Assembly: GCA_964016885.1 (NCBI GenBank)
Contig: OZ024753.1
Location: forward strand, 23,746,001 to 23,810,000
Reading direction: 5' to 3'
Origin: Eledone cirrhosa
Taxonomy: Eukaryota
DNA: 64,000 nt
Shown here piece by piece: positions 1 to 15,895 of the stretch. Position 1 is the first letter of the stretch. Each line of letters opens with the position of its first letter. Position numbers and translations under genes: made by a program. A model generated the notes under the pieces. The model was not told where the DNA came from. It saw only the letters and a program-made list of their open reading frames with translations, and ran no database searches.

Positions 1-635
1 ATGGTCACGGTTGGAATTTCATTCAACAGCAGAGCTCAACAGAAACCAGGGCTCTCACAGTAATATAATCCGAAAAAGGGAATTCTAAAACTGGCTAGTT
101 CGCCTTCATGTGTATTTATGAAAAAGCACATGAAGAAAAAACGGGGCTAGTGATGTCAGGATGGAAGTGAATGTTTATTTACAAGAAATAGCAGTCAAAT
201 ACATTCTGAAAAAAAACTCTACAAAGGAGTTCAGCAAAATAGCAATAATTATCACAGTTTTTATGAAAAAAACCGGGATTAGTCACAGATAGTTTAAGCA
301 CTCTAGGAAAAGAATCCGAGTATAAATATAAATGAGAGGTATAGAGATTGTTTTAGCAAGAAGCTAACGGCATTCTATAACATATATGCGACTATATATA
401 TATATATATATATTTCGTTTCTGAATTTGTTTAGCAAGATTCTTTATCTGAAATCGTGTGTTGAAACCGATATTGTTATACTTTGGGAGGGTCATGTTGC
501 CAATAAGAAACACACGTCCCAGTTGCTTTCACTTCAATTTATTATATATTTATAAATTTATAAATTTACAAATCTACAAACTTATAAATTTCTGGTTGCT
601 TGGTTGGTTCCACAACCAGATAGTTGTTTATATAT

Positions 636-680
636 AGTCATAGTCCTTTCGTCACACACTCTGTGACATCTTCAGTGACT
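636..680 (-). ncRNA. Minimal type I hammerhead ribozyme, PLE family A
   Basis: Minus strand AGTCA-CTGAAGA-T-GTCAC(agagtgt)GTGAC-GAAA-GGAC-TA^TGACT. Stems I and II pair and the core is intact. Confidence 0.8.
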
Positions 681-961
681 GGGGATTCCTTTTTTTTGTT
701 TCTGTGCCTTTCCTTTCTTCTGTCCTACGCCATTTTGTTTCTGTGTGTGTGTTGTGTGCTCAGTTTGCGCATGCGCCACATCCGGGTGTCTGTGTGTGTT
801 TGTGTTCATTTATCTATTTGTTTATTTATTTATTTATTTATTGTTGGTTGGTTGTTTGTTCTATGTGGCGCATGCGCAAACTGAGCACACAACACACACA
901 CAGAAACAAAATGGCGTAGGACAGAAGAAAGGAAAGGCACAGAAACAAAGAAGGAATCCCC

Positions 962-1006
962 AGTCACTGAAGAGGTCACAGAGTGTGTGACGAAAGGACT
1001 ATGACT
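962..1006 (+). ncRNA. Minimal type I hammerhead ribozyme, PLE family A
   Basis: AGTCA-CTGAAGA-G-GTCAC(agagtgt)GTGAC-GAAA-GGAC-TA^TGACT. Confidence 0.8.
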
Positions 1007-1174
1007 ATATATAAACAACTATCTGGTTGTGGAACCAACCAACCAACCAACCAGAAATTTATAAGTTTGTGGATTTGTAAATTTATAAATTTATAAATAT
1101 ATAATAAATTGAAGAGAAAGCAACTGGTGCGTGTGTTTCTTATTGACAACATGACCCTCGCAAAGTATAACAAT

Positions 1175-3583
<2,409 letters not shown>

Positions 3584-3640
3584 ATATATATATACATATA
3601 TATATATATACACATATATATAGATATATAGATATATATC

Positions 3641-3969
3641 CTCCACTGATTCGGGGCAACTCCTTTCTCCAGTGCCCCGTTACAGAACCCCAGGATGATA
3701 TTATCCCAAAAGTCAGCTCAAAAGTGACACGGAGAAGACTGAGGTTGGCTGGACATGCTCACCGACATCCAGAGTTGACATTGCACTCAGTGCTCCTTTG
3801 GGAGCCCCTACATGGACACACTAGAAGAAGAAGACCAAGGTTAACATATGTTGATGCCCTAAGGACAGACACTGGTCTGTTGGAGATGCAGGATATGGCA
3901 GCGATAATGAGGGACAGAGACCGCTGGAGAGAACTCGTCCATGGATCTCGGGAATTTTACCCGCCTTAG
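3641..3969 (+). mobile_element. RTE-like LINE 3' fragment with short inverted 5' piece
   Basis: 3704-3969 encodes RRRLRLAGHAHRH...LLWEP...RPRLTYVD...RDRWR and is homologous to 26375-26608. 3641-3704 read on minus gives NIILGFCNGALEKGVAPNQW, resembling the pre-RT region of such LINEs. Confidence 0.75.
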
Positions 3970-3971
3970 AT

Positions 3972-4017
<46 letters not shown>

Positions 4018-4031
4018 GTATATATATATAT

Positions 4032-4097
<66 letters not shown>

Positions 4098-4117
4098 GTA
4101 TATATATATATACACAC

Positions 4118-4150
<33 letters not shown>

Positions 4151-4225
4151 TATATATATATATACACACATATATATATATATATATATACACACACATA
4201 TATATATATATATATATACACACAC

Positions 4226-4295
<70 letters not shown>
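3970..4295. repeat. (AT)n microsatellite
   Basis: Directly visible. Confidence 0.95.
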
Positions 4296-4301
<6 letters not shown>

Positions 4302-5260
4302 ATACTTGGGGAGGGTCATATTTGTGTAATATTGTCAGAATTAATAACAGAACACACTCACTGTTTGGTTGGTTTTCGCTTCTCGCTGTCTTTTATATCG
4401 GTAATCTAATTTATTCGGTCCTCAATGTTGCCATTGACTGACCAACGGTCAAAAATAATACAGATACAATATAGACACAAACACATATATATAGTTTATC
4501 AAAGCTCTTTCGGTGCACATCTGCAACAACGTCAGTGGTGCTATTGTTTCCTCCCGTTACCTTCTATGTCTAAGCCATCTTTATTTAGTCTGTTTAGATA
4601 TTTATTTATTTATTTGTTTGTTTGTTTATTTTATTTTGTCTTCTTTGCTCATGCGTTTGCGTGTTTTGTATAGTGTTTTGTTTGATGTGTGTTCGTGATT
4701 GGTAGACTGTATATCGGTTAATGTATTCTATTTTTACTAGTGTGTGTTTATATGTGTTTGTTGTTATTGTGCTTGTGTATGTATTTATTTATTTAATTAT
4801 CTATTTATTTATTTATTTATCTATTTATTTATTTATTTATACTTCTCTTAGGTCAGTGTTGTTTCTTTGGGTGTTGTTGTTATTCCATTCATTCTTTCTG
4901 TTTAGTCTTGGCCTTCTAGGCTTTCACTGGCCTCTCTGATTTGCCTATCTACTGGGTCATTTCTATGTTTAGATATTATTCTAACTTCTACCCGTTTTTT
5001 CGTCCTTTTAGTTCCCCCAAGTGTTGGTCTATCCTTTCACCTATGCTACGAGCTGTCTCGCCTATGTATGTTGTTGTCATGTTTCTGCAAGTACCCTCTG
5101 TACATCTTATGCTATAGACTACGTTTCTAGTTTTACAGTTTATCCGGAGGTTTACCTTACATATGATACATTTGCTATTAGTACAGTGGGTTTTCTTAAA
5201 AGGGTAGGTTTTGCTGATCAGGGATTTTATGGTTGTTCCTGGCTTTTCTACCACCTTAAT
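4296..5260 (-). mobile_element. PLE family A' (sister of A), degenerate 3' fragment: Cys linker + GIY-YIG + pLTR
   Basis: ORF 4988-5254 (CTNSKCIIC...[12 protein letters not shown]...[16 protein letters not shown]) aligns with the C-terminus of ORF 61438-63318. Terminus ATGACCCTCCCCAAGTATAACAAT matches the family A end. Confidence 0.85.
4497..4540 (-). ncRNA. Decayed hammerhead motif, PLE family A'
   Basis: Minus CACCA-CTGACGT-T-GTTGCA(gatg)TGCACC-GAAA-GAGC-TT^TGATA. Same pLTR position as the family A HHR, but A9 and the stems carry mismatches. Confidence 0.5.
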
Positions 5261-5262
5261 CG

Positions 5263-5752
<490 letters not shown>

Positions 5753-5757
<5 letters not shown>

Positions 5758-6340
5758 AAATGTGTGTAATCCTTGGTACAGTTAGGTATATTAAGACAGG
5801 GGGAAAGAAAAAATGGCTTCACTTATGCTTTCAACAAATTTATTTTCTTCACAAAATCCAAAAAGATTTTTTTCCGGATTAGAAAAAAAAATGTTTTTCT
5901 TAAAAAAACTATTTTATAAATTAAGTTAGGTCTTAGGAGTTCTTGGTTAACGTAGGGGATATTGTTTCGTTTTTAGAACGACCTTTCACGCTGAGGTGCG
6001 CTTGTAAAACTGATGTGTATGTGGTGTGTTGTTCTATATATAGGGATTTAACATGTCTGTGGTGTGGTGGGGGGTTTTTTCTCCCCCTTTTAATAAGTGT
6101 ATGGGTGTAGGTGTGTTGAAAAAGTGTTAATAGCAGTAATGAGTTGAGACGGTGAGTAGGGTTGGGTGGGGAGAAATGTAGCAAGTGCAGCCTGCCCCGG
6201 TCATTCTCGAAAAATTCCTTTATTCAGGGGATTCCTTTGTGTTGAGAATGGTCACAGGCAAATCGCACCTGCCAAGTTTGTAAACAATTATTTTTTTCTG
6301 AAGAAGTTTTCTACATCCATCCCAAAATTAGTCCTTTGTT
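5753..6340 (-). mobile_element. Distal pLTR/3' region of the Neptune-like PLE whose ORF is at 9128-10265
   Basis: 5788-6141 is the reverse complement of 10265-10595, which is fused to the 5' break of the PLE ORF. Confidence 0.7.
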
Positions 6341-6615
6341 CAACACACACATATGTGCGTATATACGTACATACACACACGGGCATATGTAGGAATATAT
6401 AGCCACACACCATCAATTACACACCCATGTACATATACATCCACATACATACACAAAAACATATAAAGACACATATAAAAACACATATACACATACGTAC
6501 ACACACGAATATGTACTCATACCTCCACATGGGTATATATATATACATACATACATATACATACATATACACACATAAAGATACATAACTAAATATACAT
6601 ATATACCCATAAACG

Positions 6616-6655
<40 letters not shown>

Positions 6656-6752
6656 TATGTCCGTATATATACCTCCGTTCACACATACATGCATACACAC
6701 ACACACATACACACATACATATATATATACATATATATATAGAGAGAGAGGC

Positions 6753-6804
<52 letters not shown>

Positions 6805-6885
6805 TGCCCCCCTCGTTATCGAGTATGGCCATTGCACGAGAAGAAAAAAAAAATTTTTTAAATAAATAAATACATAAATAAATAA

Positions 6886-6927
<42 letters not shown>

Positions 6928-7050
6928 TAAATAAATAAATAAATAAAAAGAAATATATATATATATACATACATACATATATACATATACATACACATAC
7001 ACACACACACGCACGCACATAAGCATATCTACACACACACACGATAGCAA

Positions 7051-8624
7051 CTAACAGTGCTGCGATCGAATGTGCCTTTTTAGCCCAGCCAATGATCTAA
7101 AATGTCTTGCACAGAGTCGGCAACCAAAACATTCACTGGGAATAGTCGGCTGTGGTTGGAGTTCGTGTACTTTTGCATGTCGCTTGAGCCCTCCTGCTGA
7201 TTTACATTCTCTACCACATGTTTGGCAAGCATGATGAGTAGCATCTCCAACAGCAGCCTGGTAGTCAACTACTGGTCTTACTTTATGACTGCGAAGATGA
7301 CTTTCGAGTCCAGCTTTGCTTAGGCAGAGTCCCGCACAGACGCTGCATGTCAGCACCATAGGAGGACCCTCGCCGTCTGGAAGTGCAACAGCAATGCCCT
7401 TCCTCACATCCCGCTTTACTTTCTCGTGTGCGATTCGAGATGCCTCAGAGGCAACTTTTCCCTCATATACAGTCTTTCTCCATTTATTACGATCAGCAGC
7501 AACATTTTCCCATGTATCAGCAGAGATGTTAGCGTCTTTCAGAGAGGCTTTCAAGGAATCCTTATAAACTCTTTTTTGGTTTATGTGGCGGTCGTTTTCC
7601 TTTAACCAACTCTCCATAGAAGAGTTGTTTTGGTATTCTAGAATCCTTCATCCTGGCAAGGTGACCACTCCAACGGAGTCGTTGCTTAAGCACAAGAGCT
7701 TCTATATAGAGCTTTCCAAAATCTCGACATCACTGATGTGGTCCCTCCAGTGAACGCCATGGATCCGTCTGAGACACATCTGATGGAAACGTTCCAATTG
7801 CCTAAGGTGGTGTCGATATGTGACCCAGGTCTCGCAGGCATAAAGAAGACAAGAGAGTACACATGCCCTGTACACCCTTACCTTTGTCCTCCTGCATATG
7901 TCTCGCCGACCCCAGAGCCGCCTTTCTAGCTTTCCGAAAGCATCACTTGCTTTCCTAATCCTGAGTGAGATTTCACCGTCAAGGATGCCGTATCGATTGA
8001 CAGTGCTTCCCAGGTAGACAAACTAATCAACCACTCCAAGTCGTTTGCCATATCTTTGGTTCAGTGTACTGCTTACCAGTGGCAGGTTGGTACATGACGA
8101 CGGTTTTCTTGAGACTGACAGTCAATCCTATGGCAGTGCAAGGGTAAGAAAATGCATTCAAAATGTGCTGCATATCACTCTCTGTGTGCGCTACAAGATC
8201 GCAATCATCTGCATACAAGAGGTCTCTTATGATTGATGTAAATACTTTTGTCTTCGCAGCAAAGCGCCTGATGTTAAATATGCTGCCTGAGGTTCGATAT
8301 CGGATGTAAACACCATGCTCGCAATTCCTGAATGCAATACAGAAAACCATTGCAAAGTATATGGCAAACAGGGTCGGTGCTGGAATATCCCCCTGTTCCA
8401 CTCCATTTTTTACTGAGATAGGCTCCGACATGTTACCTCCGACATTAACCCAAGTCTTCATGTCGTCATGGAAAGACCTAACTAAAGCAAGGAACTTATC
8501 AAGGCAACCAAGTTTCTGGAGAACCTTCCATAATGCATCTCTGTTAACAGTATCGAAAGCCTTTGTCAGATCGACAAAAACCTGATACAGGTCCAAGCCT
8601 TGTTCAATGCACTTCTCCTGGAGC

Positions 8625-8625
<1 letters not shown>
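7051..8625 (-). mobile_element. RTE-clade LINE, 5'-truncated and frameshifted RT with three C-terminal C2H2 zinc fingers
   Basis: QLQEKCIEQ...FVDLTKAFDTVNR...GVEQGD...DLLYADDC (8027-8625). C-terminus has CSVC..H..H, CQTC..H..H and CRLC..H..H (7051-7617). Confidence 0.92.
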
Positions 8626-8658
<33 letters not shown>

Positions 8659-8845
8659 CATACATATATACATACATATATGTACACATAAACACATACA
8701 GACACATATACATACATATACACATATATACATATATGCACATACATACACACACACATATATATAGATACATACATATACATACACACACATATAAACA
8801 TATATCTATATATATATATACATATATATATATACACAAACATAC

Positions 8846-8876
<31 letters not shown>

Positions 8877-9127
8877 CATATATATACACACATACACACA
8901 CATATATATATATATACACACACACACAAACATACACACATCCATACATATATATACACACACACACATACACACACCCACATACATATATACCCACACG
9001 TACATACATCCATACATACCTACACACATATATGTGTGTGTCTCACCGTTCACTCAGATATTCATGTGTATACATAAGAAGAGGGGGGGGGGGGTAGTGA
9101 AATGGAATTTTACCTCCGAGTGTTAAT

Positions 9128-10265
9128 TCATTTTTTCGTGTTCAGTAGTGGTTTAAATTTTTCAATGAAGAGTTCTTCTTTATATCTGCGGAAATGTTCG
9201 TTATCCGACCATATCTTGAAGAAAGGGAAGATTGTGAATTTTCCCTTCCCGCATGATGCAAAGTGTGCACTACATGTGGTATTTCTGACTGTGGGGTCTT
9301 TAATCTGTTGTTTATGTACCCGGACTCTATCATGTAATCCCGTTCCGGTTTCCCCAATGTAATACTCTTTACACTGTGGACATGTTGCGCAATATATTAG
9401 GTTTTTCGTTTTGCAGTTCATGTTTGCATTGACCTTGAAATTATCATGGTTTTTGAAGGACAACTGTTTGCCCTCTTCGATGAGTTCACAGGTTCCACAT
9501 CTAGGGTCCCCGCATTTCGTCACTTGCATTGATTCCATGTTGGTCGTAAATTTTGCCTTGGTAATTAGTTTTTTAAGGTTGGGTGCTTGGCGTTTGCTAT
9601 AAATTATCTGTGTGTTTTTTAAGAGTGCATTCATTTTGGTAGATTGCTGTAGAATCGGGAGATACTGCTTAGCAGTTTTCACAATGTTGATGTTCCCTGG
9701 GTTGTGAGTGATGACAAAAGAGATAGCAGGGTTTTCTTTTTTATGTTGTGGGTTTGGTTTTCTCAGTGTTGTTATTGGGATGTTCTTAGCCTTGGAGATG
9801 GCTGCGTTGATGAGTTTCCTCGGGTATTCTTGTTTTTTAAGGATTTTTTTCAGGTCACATAATCTTTTTTCTTGTAGTACGGGGTGTGTTGCTATAGTGC
9901 AGATGCGCCTTGCCATGTTGAAGGGAATGTTCCTTTTCGTATGTGAGGGGTGTGCTGACCGGAAATTTAAGTATTGGTGTGTGTCAGTGGGTTTGCAAAA
10001 TAGGTCCGTTATGATATTTTCCCCTTCTTTAATGATGAGGATATCTAGAAAGGGCAGTTCCTTTTCGTTACATTCCATAGTGAATTGCATAGCTTCATGA
10101 AGCCTGTTTAAGATCGAATAAAATGTTTGTAGGTCTGTTTGGCTTCTGTTCCAGAAGATGAAGCAGTCATCTAGGTAACGTTTCCAGTTTTTATTAATGT
10201 AGAAGGCGAAGTCGTGACTGAATGTTATCTGTAGTTGGGAATATAATTTTGCCTCTAAGCGACCC
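9128..10265 (-). mobile_element. Neptune-like PLE ORF 3' half (RT C-terminus, thumb, Cys linker, GIY-YIG)
   Basis: WKRYLDDCF, LPFLDI, KPTDTHQYL, SAHPSHTK, KCGDPRCGTC, NLIYCATC..C..YYIGET, RVRVH. Confidence 0.93.
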
Positions 10266-11330
<1,065 letters not shown>

Positions 11331-14300
11331 CTCAAGAAAATCAACACCAACCTATCTTTGCTGGTCGACAAACTTGACTCCACAAATAAGGAAACCGCCA
11401 CCGGATACAAACCCTCCGAAATCGGCGACAAACTCCAAAACCTTTGCGATACTATCCAAACTATGTTCACTACTACCAACCCAGGAAAAACCAACGAAGA
11501 ACCATGTGAGATTGATTCACACAAAATGAAAATTCGAACAATTCCAAAATGGAACAAATCCCTCAGAGACAGAAAGTTCTCATTCTGGAAGATGATACAA
11601 AATCACAACAAAGCAGAGATATATGAAAAATGGCTTAACTCAACCCCTCTAACTCTCCCCCGTAAACTACAAATAAAGTCCATTCCAAATGAACCCGAAC
11701 CTCAAAGACACCTTAGGGAAAGAATGGCATTGGAAAAAATGAAGACAGAAATTGAACTTCTTAAACTGAGGGCCCAGACAAATGAGGAAAAAATCAAAAC
11801 CATCGATGAAGAGATCCTCCTGGAAATCAACAACAAAACTGAAGGCCCCAAGGTAGAGAAGATCTCCAAATTGTGGAAAGGGGACTGCAACAGAGAAGAA
11901 CTGAAATCCCTTCAACGCTGGGAAAAAAGTGCCGCTTGGTTCCTACACTATGAATCGACTTTTCAAACGGATTACACCTCCAATAACCCGTTCATAAAAA
12001 TAGGAAAACCCATAACTGAACCGCACAACAACTTCTCAAACCCCCAAGCCTCAAACAAACGAAGAAGGAAGCACCACACCGAAGATGAACTTCCCAATCT
12101 CGCTACCATAAGAAGGAACAAAAACCCAAGAAATCATCTCCCCAGAATGACATTTACAACTTTCCCCCTTCAAGGAGACACCATACCAAATCACTCAACT
12201 ACTACGCGGATTCCTCATCGTCAAACATAGGGAAAAGATACCACCGCCATGATAGATGCAACAACTTCCCCGCTTCAAGGGGACAGCAAGGTAATTACCA
12301 TTTTCTCAACTCTCACTTCCACAATACACAACAAACCCACACCACACGATACAACCAGCAACGTAGGCCACTTATAACACCACAATACAACATGGCACAT
12401 AGAAACACACACCCATACTCGCAGTACAGGAACACCCCATTCAATCTACAACCACCAACCCGAACCACATTTTACAACAACAAGGAATATAACAAACACA
12501 GGAGACCACTTAACATCAGCAGACAACTCCTCTACCCCAACCATTTTTTAGACACAGCACACAGATACAGGCAAACAAAATAACACAAGACAGGGAGGAG
12601 AAACCGATAGTAATAAAAATTATCAATCTTACTAGTGCAGAACCAACACCCAACCTTATCAACTTACTCTCCAAAGGTCTTAAATTCACACCGACCCCAC
12701 TACGTCCTAACTACTATGAAATGAAGGAAGACATCACAGACTTCTGTAGAAAGTTACGACTTAGTGAACAACTATTCGACCAGTACAATGAGGATGAATC
12801 ATTAGCCAGAAATAGAAGCAATTACACCCCTTCAAAAGGTAGAAATAAAATCCTGGACGAATTCTGTGAACACATCACAAACTTCCCTTACCAACACTTG
12901 CACAGACAAAAACACAAGCCAAACCTCAACAAGAAAGAATGGGAAGAATTAAATAGATTAAAAACCGACAGAACCATTACAATTAAAGAGGGTGATAAAG
13001 GGAGTACAGTAGTCCTAATGGAGACAGAATTCTATATCAACTTAGCGCTCTCCACTTTGGAAAACGAAACATACTACGAAAAGGCTGAACACAGAAAATT
13101 ATGAGAAACCTAAAAACTCTAATCAACCAATACAAAGAAGGACTCACTAACAAGGAATTCAGCTTCATCACAGACTTCACAAGTAAATCCAGCCTTTTCT
13201 ACGGTATCCCTAAAGTACATAAAAGCGAATCAATCAGTAAGGCATGCAAGGAAGCCACAGACATAGTCATCAATGTCCCCTCACCCAATGATCTCAAATT
13301 AAGACCTATAATAGCAGGCCCCGCTTGCGAAACGCACCGTCTTAGCAACTTCATTGATACCCTTCTCAAACCCTTCCTCAAGCACATCAAAAGCTATATA
13401 AGGGACGACCTAGATATGCTCAATCACCTCCCTAATATGCCACTTTCTGAACAAACCCTACTAGTGACGTTCGATGTAGTCAACCTATACTCCAACATCC
13501 TCCACTACCTAGGAATAGAAGCTATCCAATTCTGGCTGGATAATTTCCACAATGAACTCCCACAACGCATCAAAAAAGAATTCGTGATAGAGGGACTCAA
13601 ATTTATCTTGGAGAACAATTACTTCGTTTTCAATAACAAACCCTACAGGCAGAAATCTGGGACCGCTATGGGAACGAAAACAGCCCCTACTTATGCCAAC
13701 CTAGTCATGGGATACCTGGAAATCACCCTCTACACTAAAGTCCTAAACAAATATGGAAACACCCTCCACTTACACATTGAAAGGAACTGGAAGCGATATC
13801 TAGATGACTGCTTCATCCTTTGGCACGAAAACATCGAACAACTTAAAGAATTTCACACCCTTATAAATGGGCTCAACACAAATATTAACTTCACGATGGA
13901 ATACAGCCATCAACAACTCCCCTTCCTCGACATCCTCATTAAGATCCATAACAAAAAAATAGAAACAGACATATACTACAAGCCCACAGACTCCAAGCAA
14001 TATCTCCCCTTCAACTCTTGCCACCCTAGACACGTTAAAATCAATATTCCCTACAACTTAGCTAAGAGAATCTGTACTATAGTCTCCAATAAAAACATCT
14101 GCTACTTACGGCTACAAGAACTAAAGGACACACTCATAGGCAGGGACTACCCTGCATCACTAATTGACAATGGAATCCAACGTGCCCTAAAACTCAGTAC
14201 CCAGGACCTTAGACACCCTAAAGTAAATCAACCAGAACTAAAAGCTCTTCCATACATCTCCACACACAACCCCCTCAACAATGAGGCCTTTGACACCATC

Positions 14301-14859
14301 CTCCAGAACATCCCTGTATTGAAAAAGGACTATAGAATGAACCAAATTCTACGAACACACGATATCATAAAGAGCAAAAGACAATCCAAGTCAATGAAAA
14401 ACATCTTAACACATGCCAAAGTACTGCCAACCACAACAACGAAACCCACAGTAAAAAAAATGCGATAGACCCAACTGTGGCATTTGCATCAACCTAATAG
14501 AGGGTTCGGAATTCTATTTCAAAGATGGACAACGTTTTATAGTAAAACACAATTTCACATGTGCATCGGAAAATCTAATATATGTATTAACTTGTTCAGG
14601 TTGTCGAGAACAATAAATAGGCCAGACCAAAAACAGCCTCCGCCAACGCATGACTGTCCATAGATCCCAAATTAAAATACGGGAATACAGGAAAATACCA
14701 CTGAGTGAACACATTGATACCTGTGCCGCCTAAAATCATCCCAACTTCAGAATCTTTCCCCTCTACAAATTTAAAGATAATGCCACCCACACCCAGCGCA
14801 TCAGCAAGGAATCTTACTTCATTAACAAATACGGACCCAGTCTAAACACTTCTCCCTAA
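11331..14859 (+). mobile_element. Near full-length Neptune-like PLE ORF, disrupted (N-terminal region, RT, GIY-YIG)
   Basis: IINL...LLSKGLKFTPTP, IKEGDKGSTVV, FYGIPKVHK, LRPII, TFDVVNLYSNI, GTAMGT, WKRYLDDCF, linker CDRPNCGIC, NLIYVLTC..C..Q*IGQT. Frameshifts near 13100 and 14460, plus internal stops. Confidence 0.93.
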
Positions 14860-15422
14860 GACGAACCCACAACATACACACGTCAACATACATACCTACA
14901 TCAGCACACATCTCTACCCACATATAAACACAATGACACACGTAAACACACATGCTCTATGGTGCAATACAAAAAAATATATATGCATATATATGTATGT
15001 ATATATGTATATATATATATATATGTAGTGAATATATGTATGTGTGTATATATAGTGAATATCATTTCACACCTTTTATTGTTAAGATTTTTGATGTTCT
15101 ATTAAGAGAACCGATTTTACTGAAAAAATCGAATAATGTACACCATTTTACCAGGGGGAAAAAATACTGGTCCACCCACACACACACACACACATATATA
15201 CACAAACACATACACACGCGTACATCAACATACAAAGAGACTTATACACACACACACACACGCACTTCTCCGTATAAGACAAAAGCTGAAAAATATCTTT
15301 TGACCTTCGAATGACTCTCCTATATACACACACACACACACACACACACTTATCTTAATAGCCATTTGACACACATCGCTGCTGGCCATTGTCGCAGCAT
15401 CGAACACCTTACTACTACTACT

Positions 15423-15455
<33 letters not shown>

Positions 15456-15503
15456 CATACACACACACACACACATATTTGTTGTGAAAGAGTCATTTCT
15501 CAA

Positions 15504-15731
15504 TCTTGGCGCAAAACCAATTTTTTATCCACATGACCTCTACCGACCAATCAAAATTGTTTTGACCAAGAATTTTTGCTGGAGCCACTTTTTTAACATA
15601 AAAACAGTCTTGGCGCAAAATCAACTTTTTACATTCACATGACCTCTACCGACCAATCAAAATTGTTTTGACCACAAGCATTTTTGCAACACAAAAATAA
15701 CGCTGGAGCCACTTTTTTAACATAAAAACAG
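15504..15731. repeat. Tandem duplication, units of ~104 and ~124 bp
   Basis: TCTTGGCGCAAAA...CACATGACCTCTACCGACCAATCAAAATTGTTTTGACCA...GCTGGAGCCACTTTTTTAACATAAAAACAG occurs twice. Confidence 0.9.
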
Positions 15732-15895
15732 GTAGAATTCCCAAAACTAATCAGATCAGAGCAAACAGCACGGACACTCTATCTCAAAATTATTTTTGAA
15801 AAGCATTTAGAAATGCGCAACCGGTAAAAACTTAAAAACTTAAAACCACAACTGAATACTAACCCATACAATCACTAATACTCTTTTATTCCTAA

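Larger units (their letters stand above)
415..1174. mobile_element. Penelope-like element family A: fold-back pair of pseudo-LTRs, no coding sequence
   Basis: 471-781 is the reverse complement of 864-1174. The same sequence lies 3' of the GIY-YIG ORF ends at 3094-3583 and 60934-61346. The left arm has an extra ~55-bp tail (415-470). Both ends abut (AT)n. Confidence 0.9.

Noticed and set aside
1-385. Faint resemblance to a decayed Tc1/mariner DDE region
   Set aside because: Only scattered partial motifs in different frames; no TIR visible.
11331-14859. Selenocysteine (in-frame TGA) recoding as reported for some Naiad PLEs
   Set aside because: The disruptions seen are frameshifts and TAA/TAG, not TGA at Cys positions; the Naiad-like fragment at 20734-21000 has no in-frame TGA.
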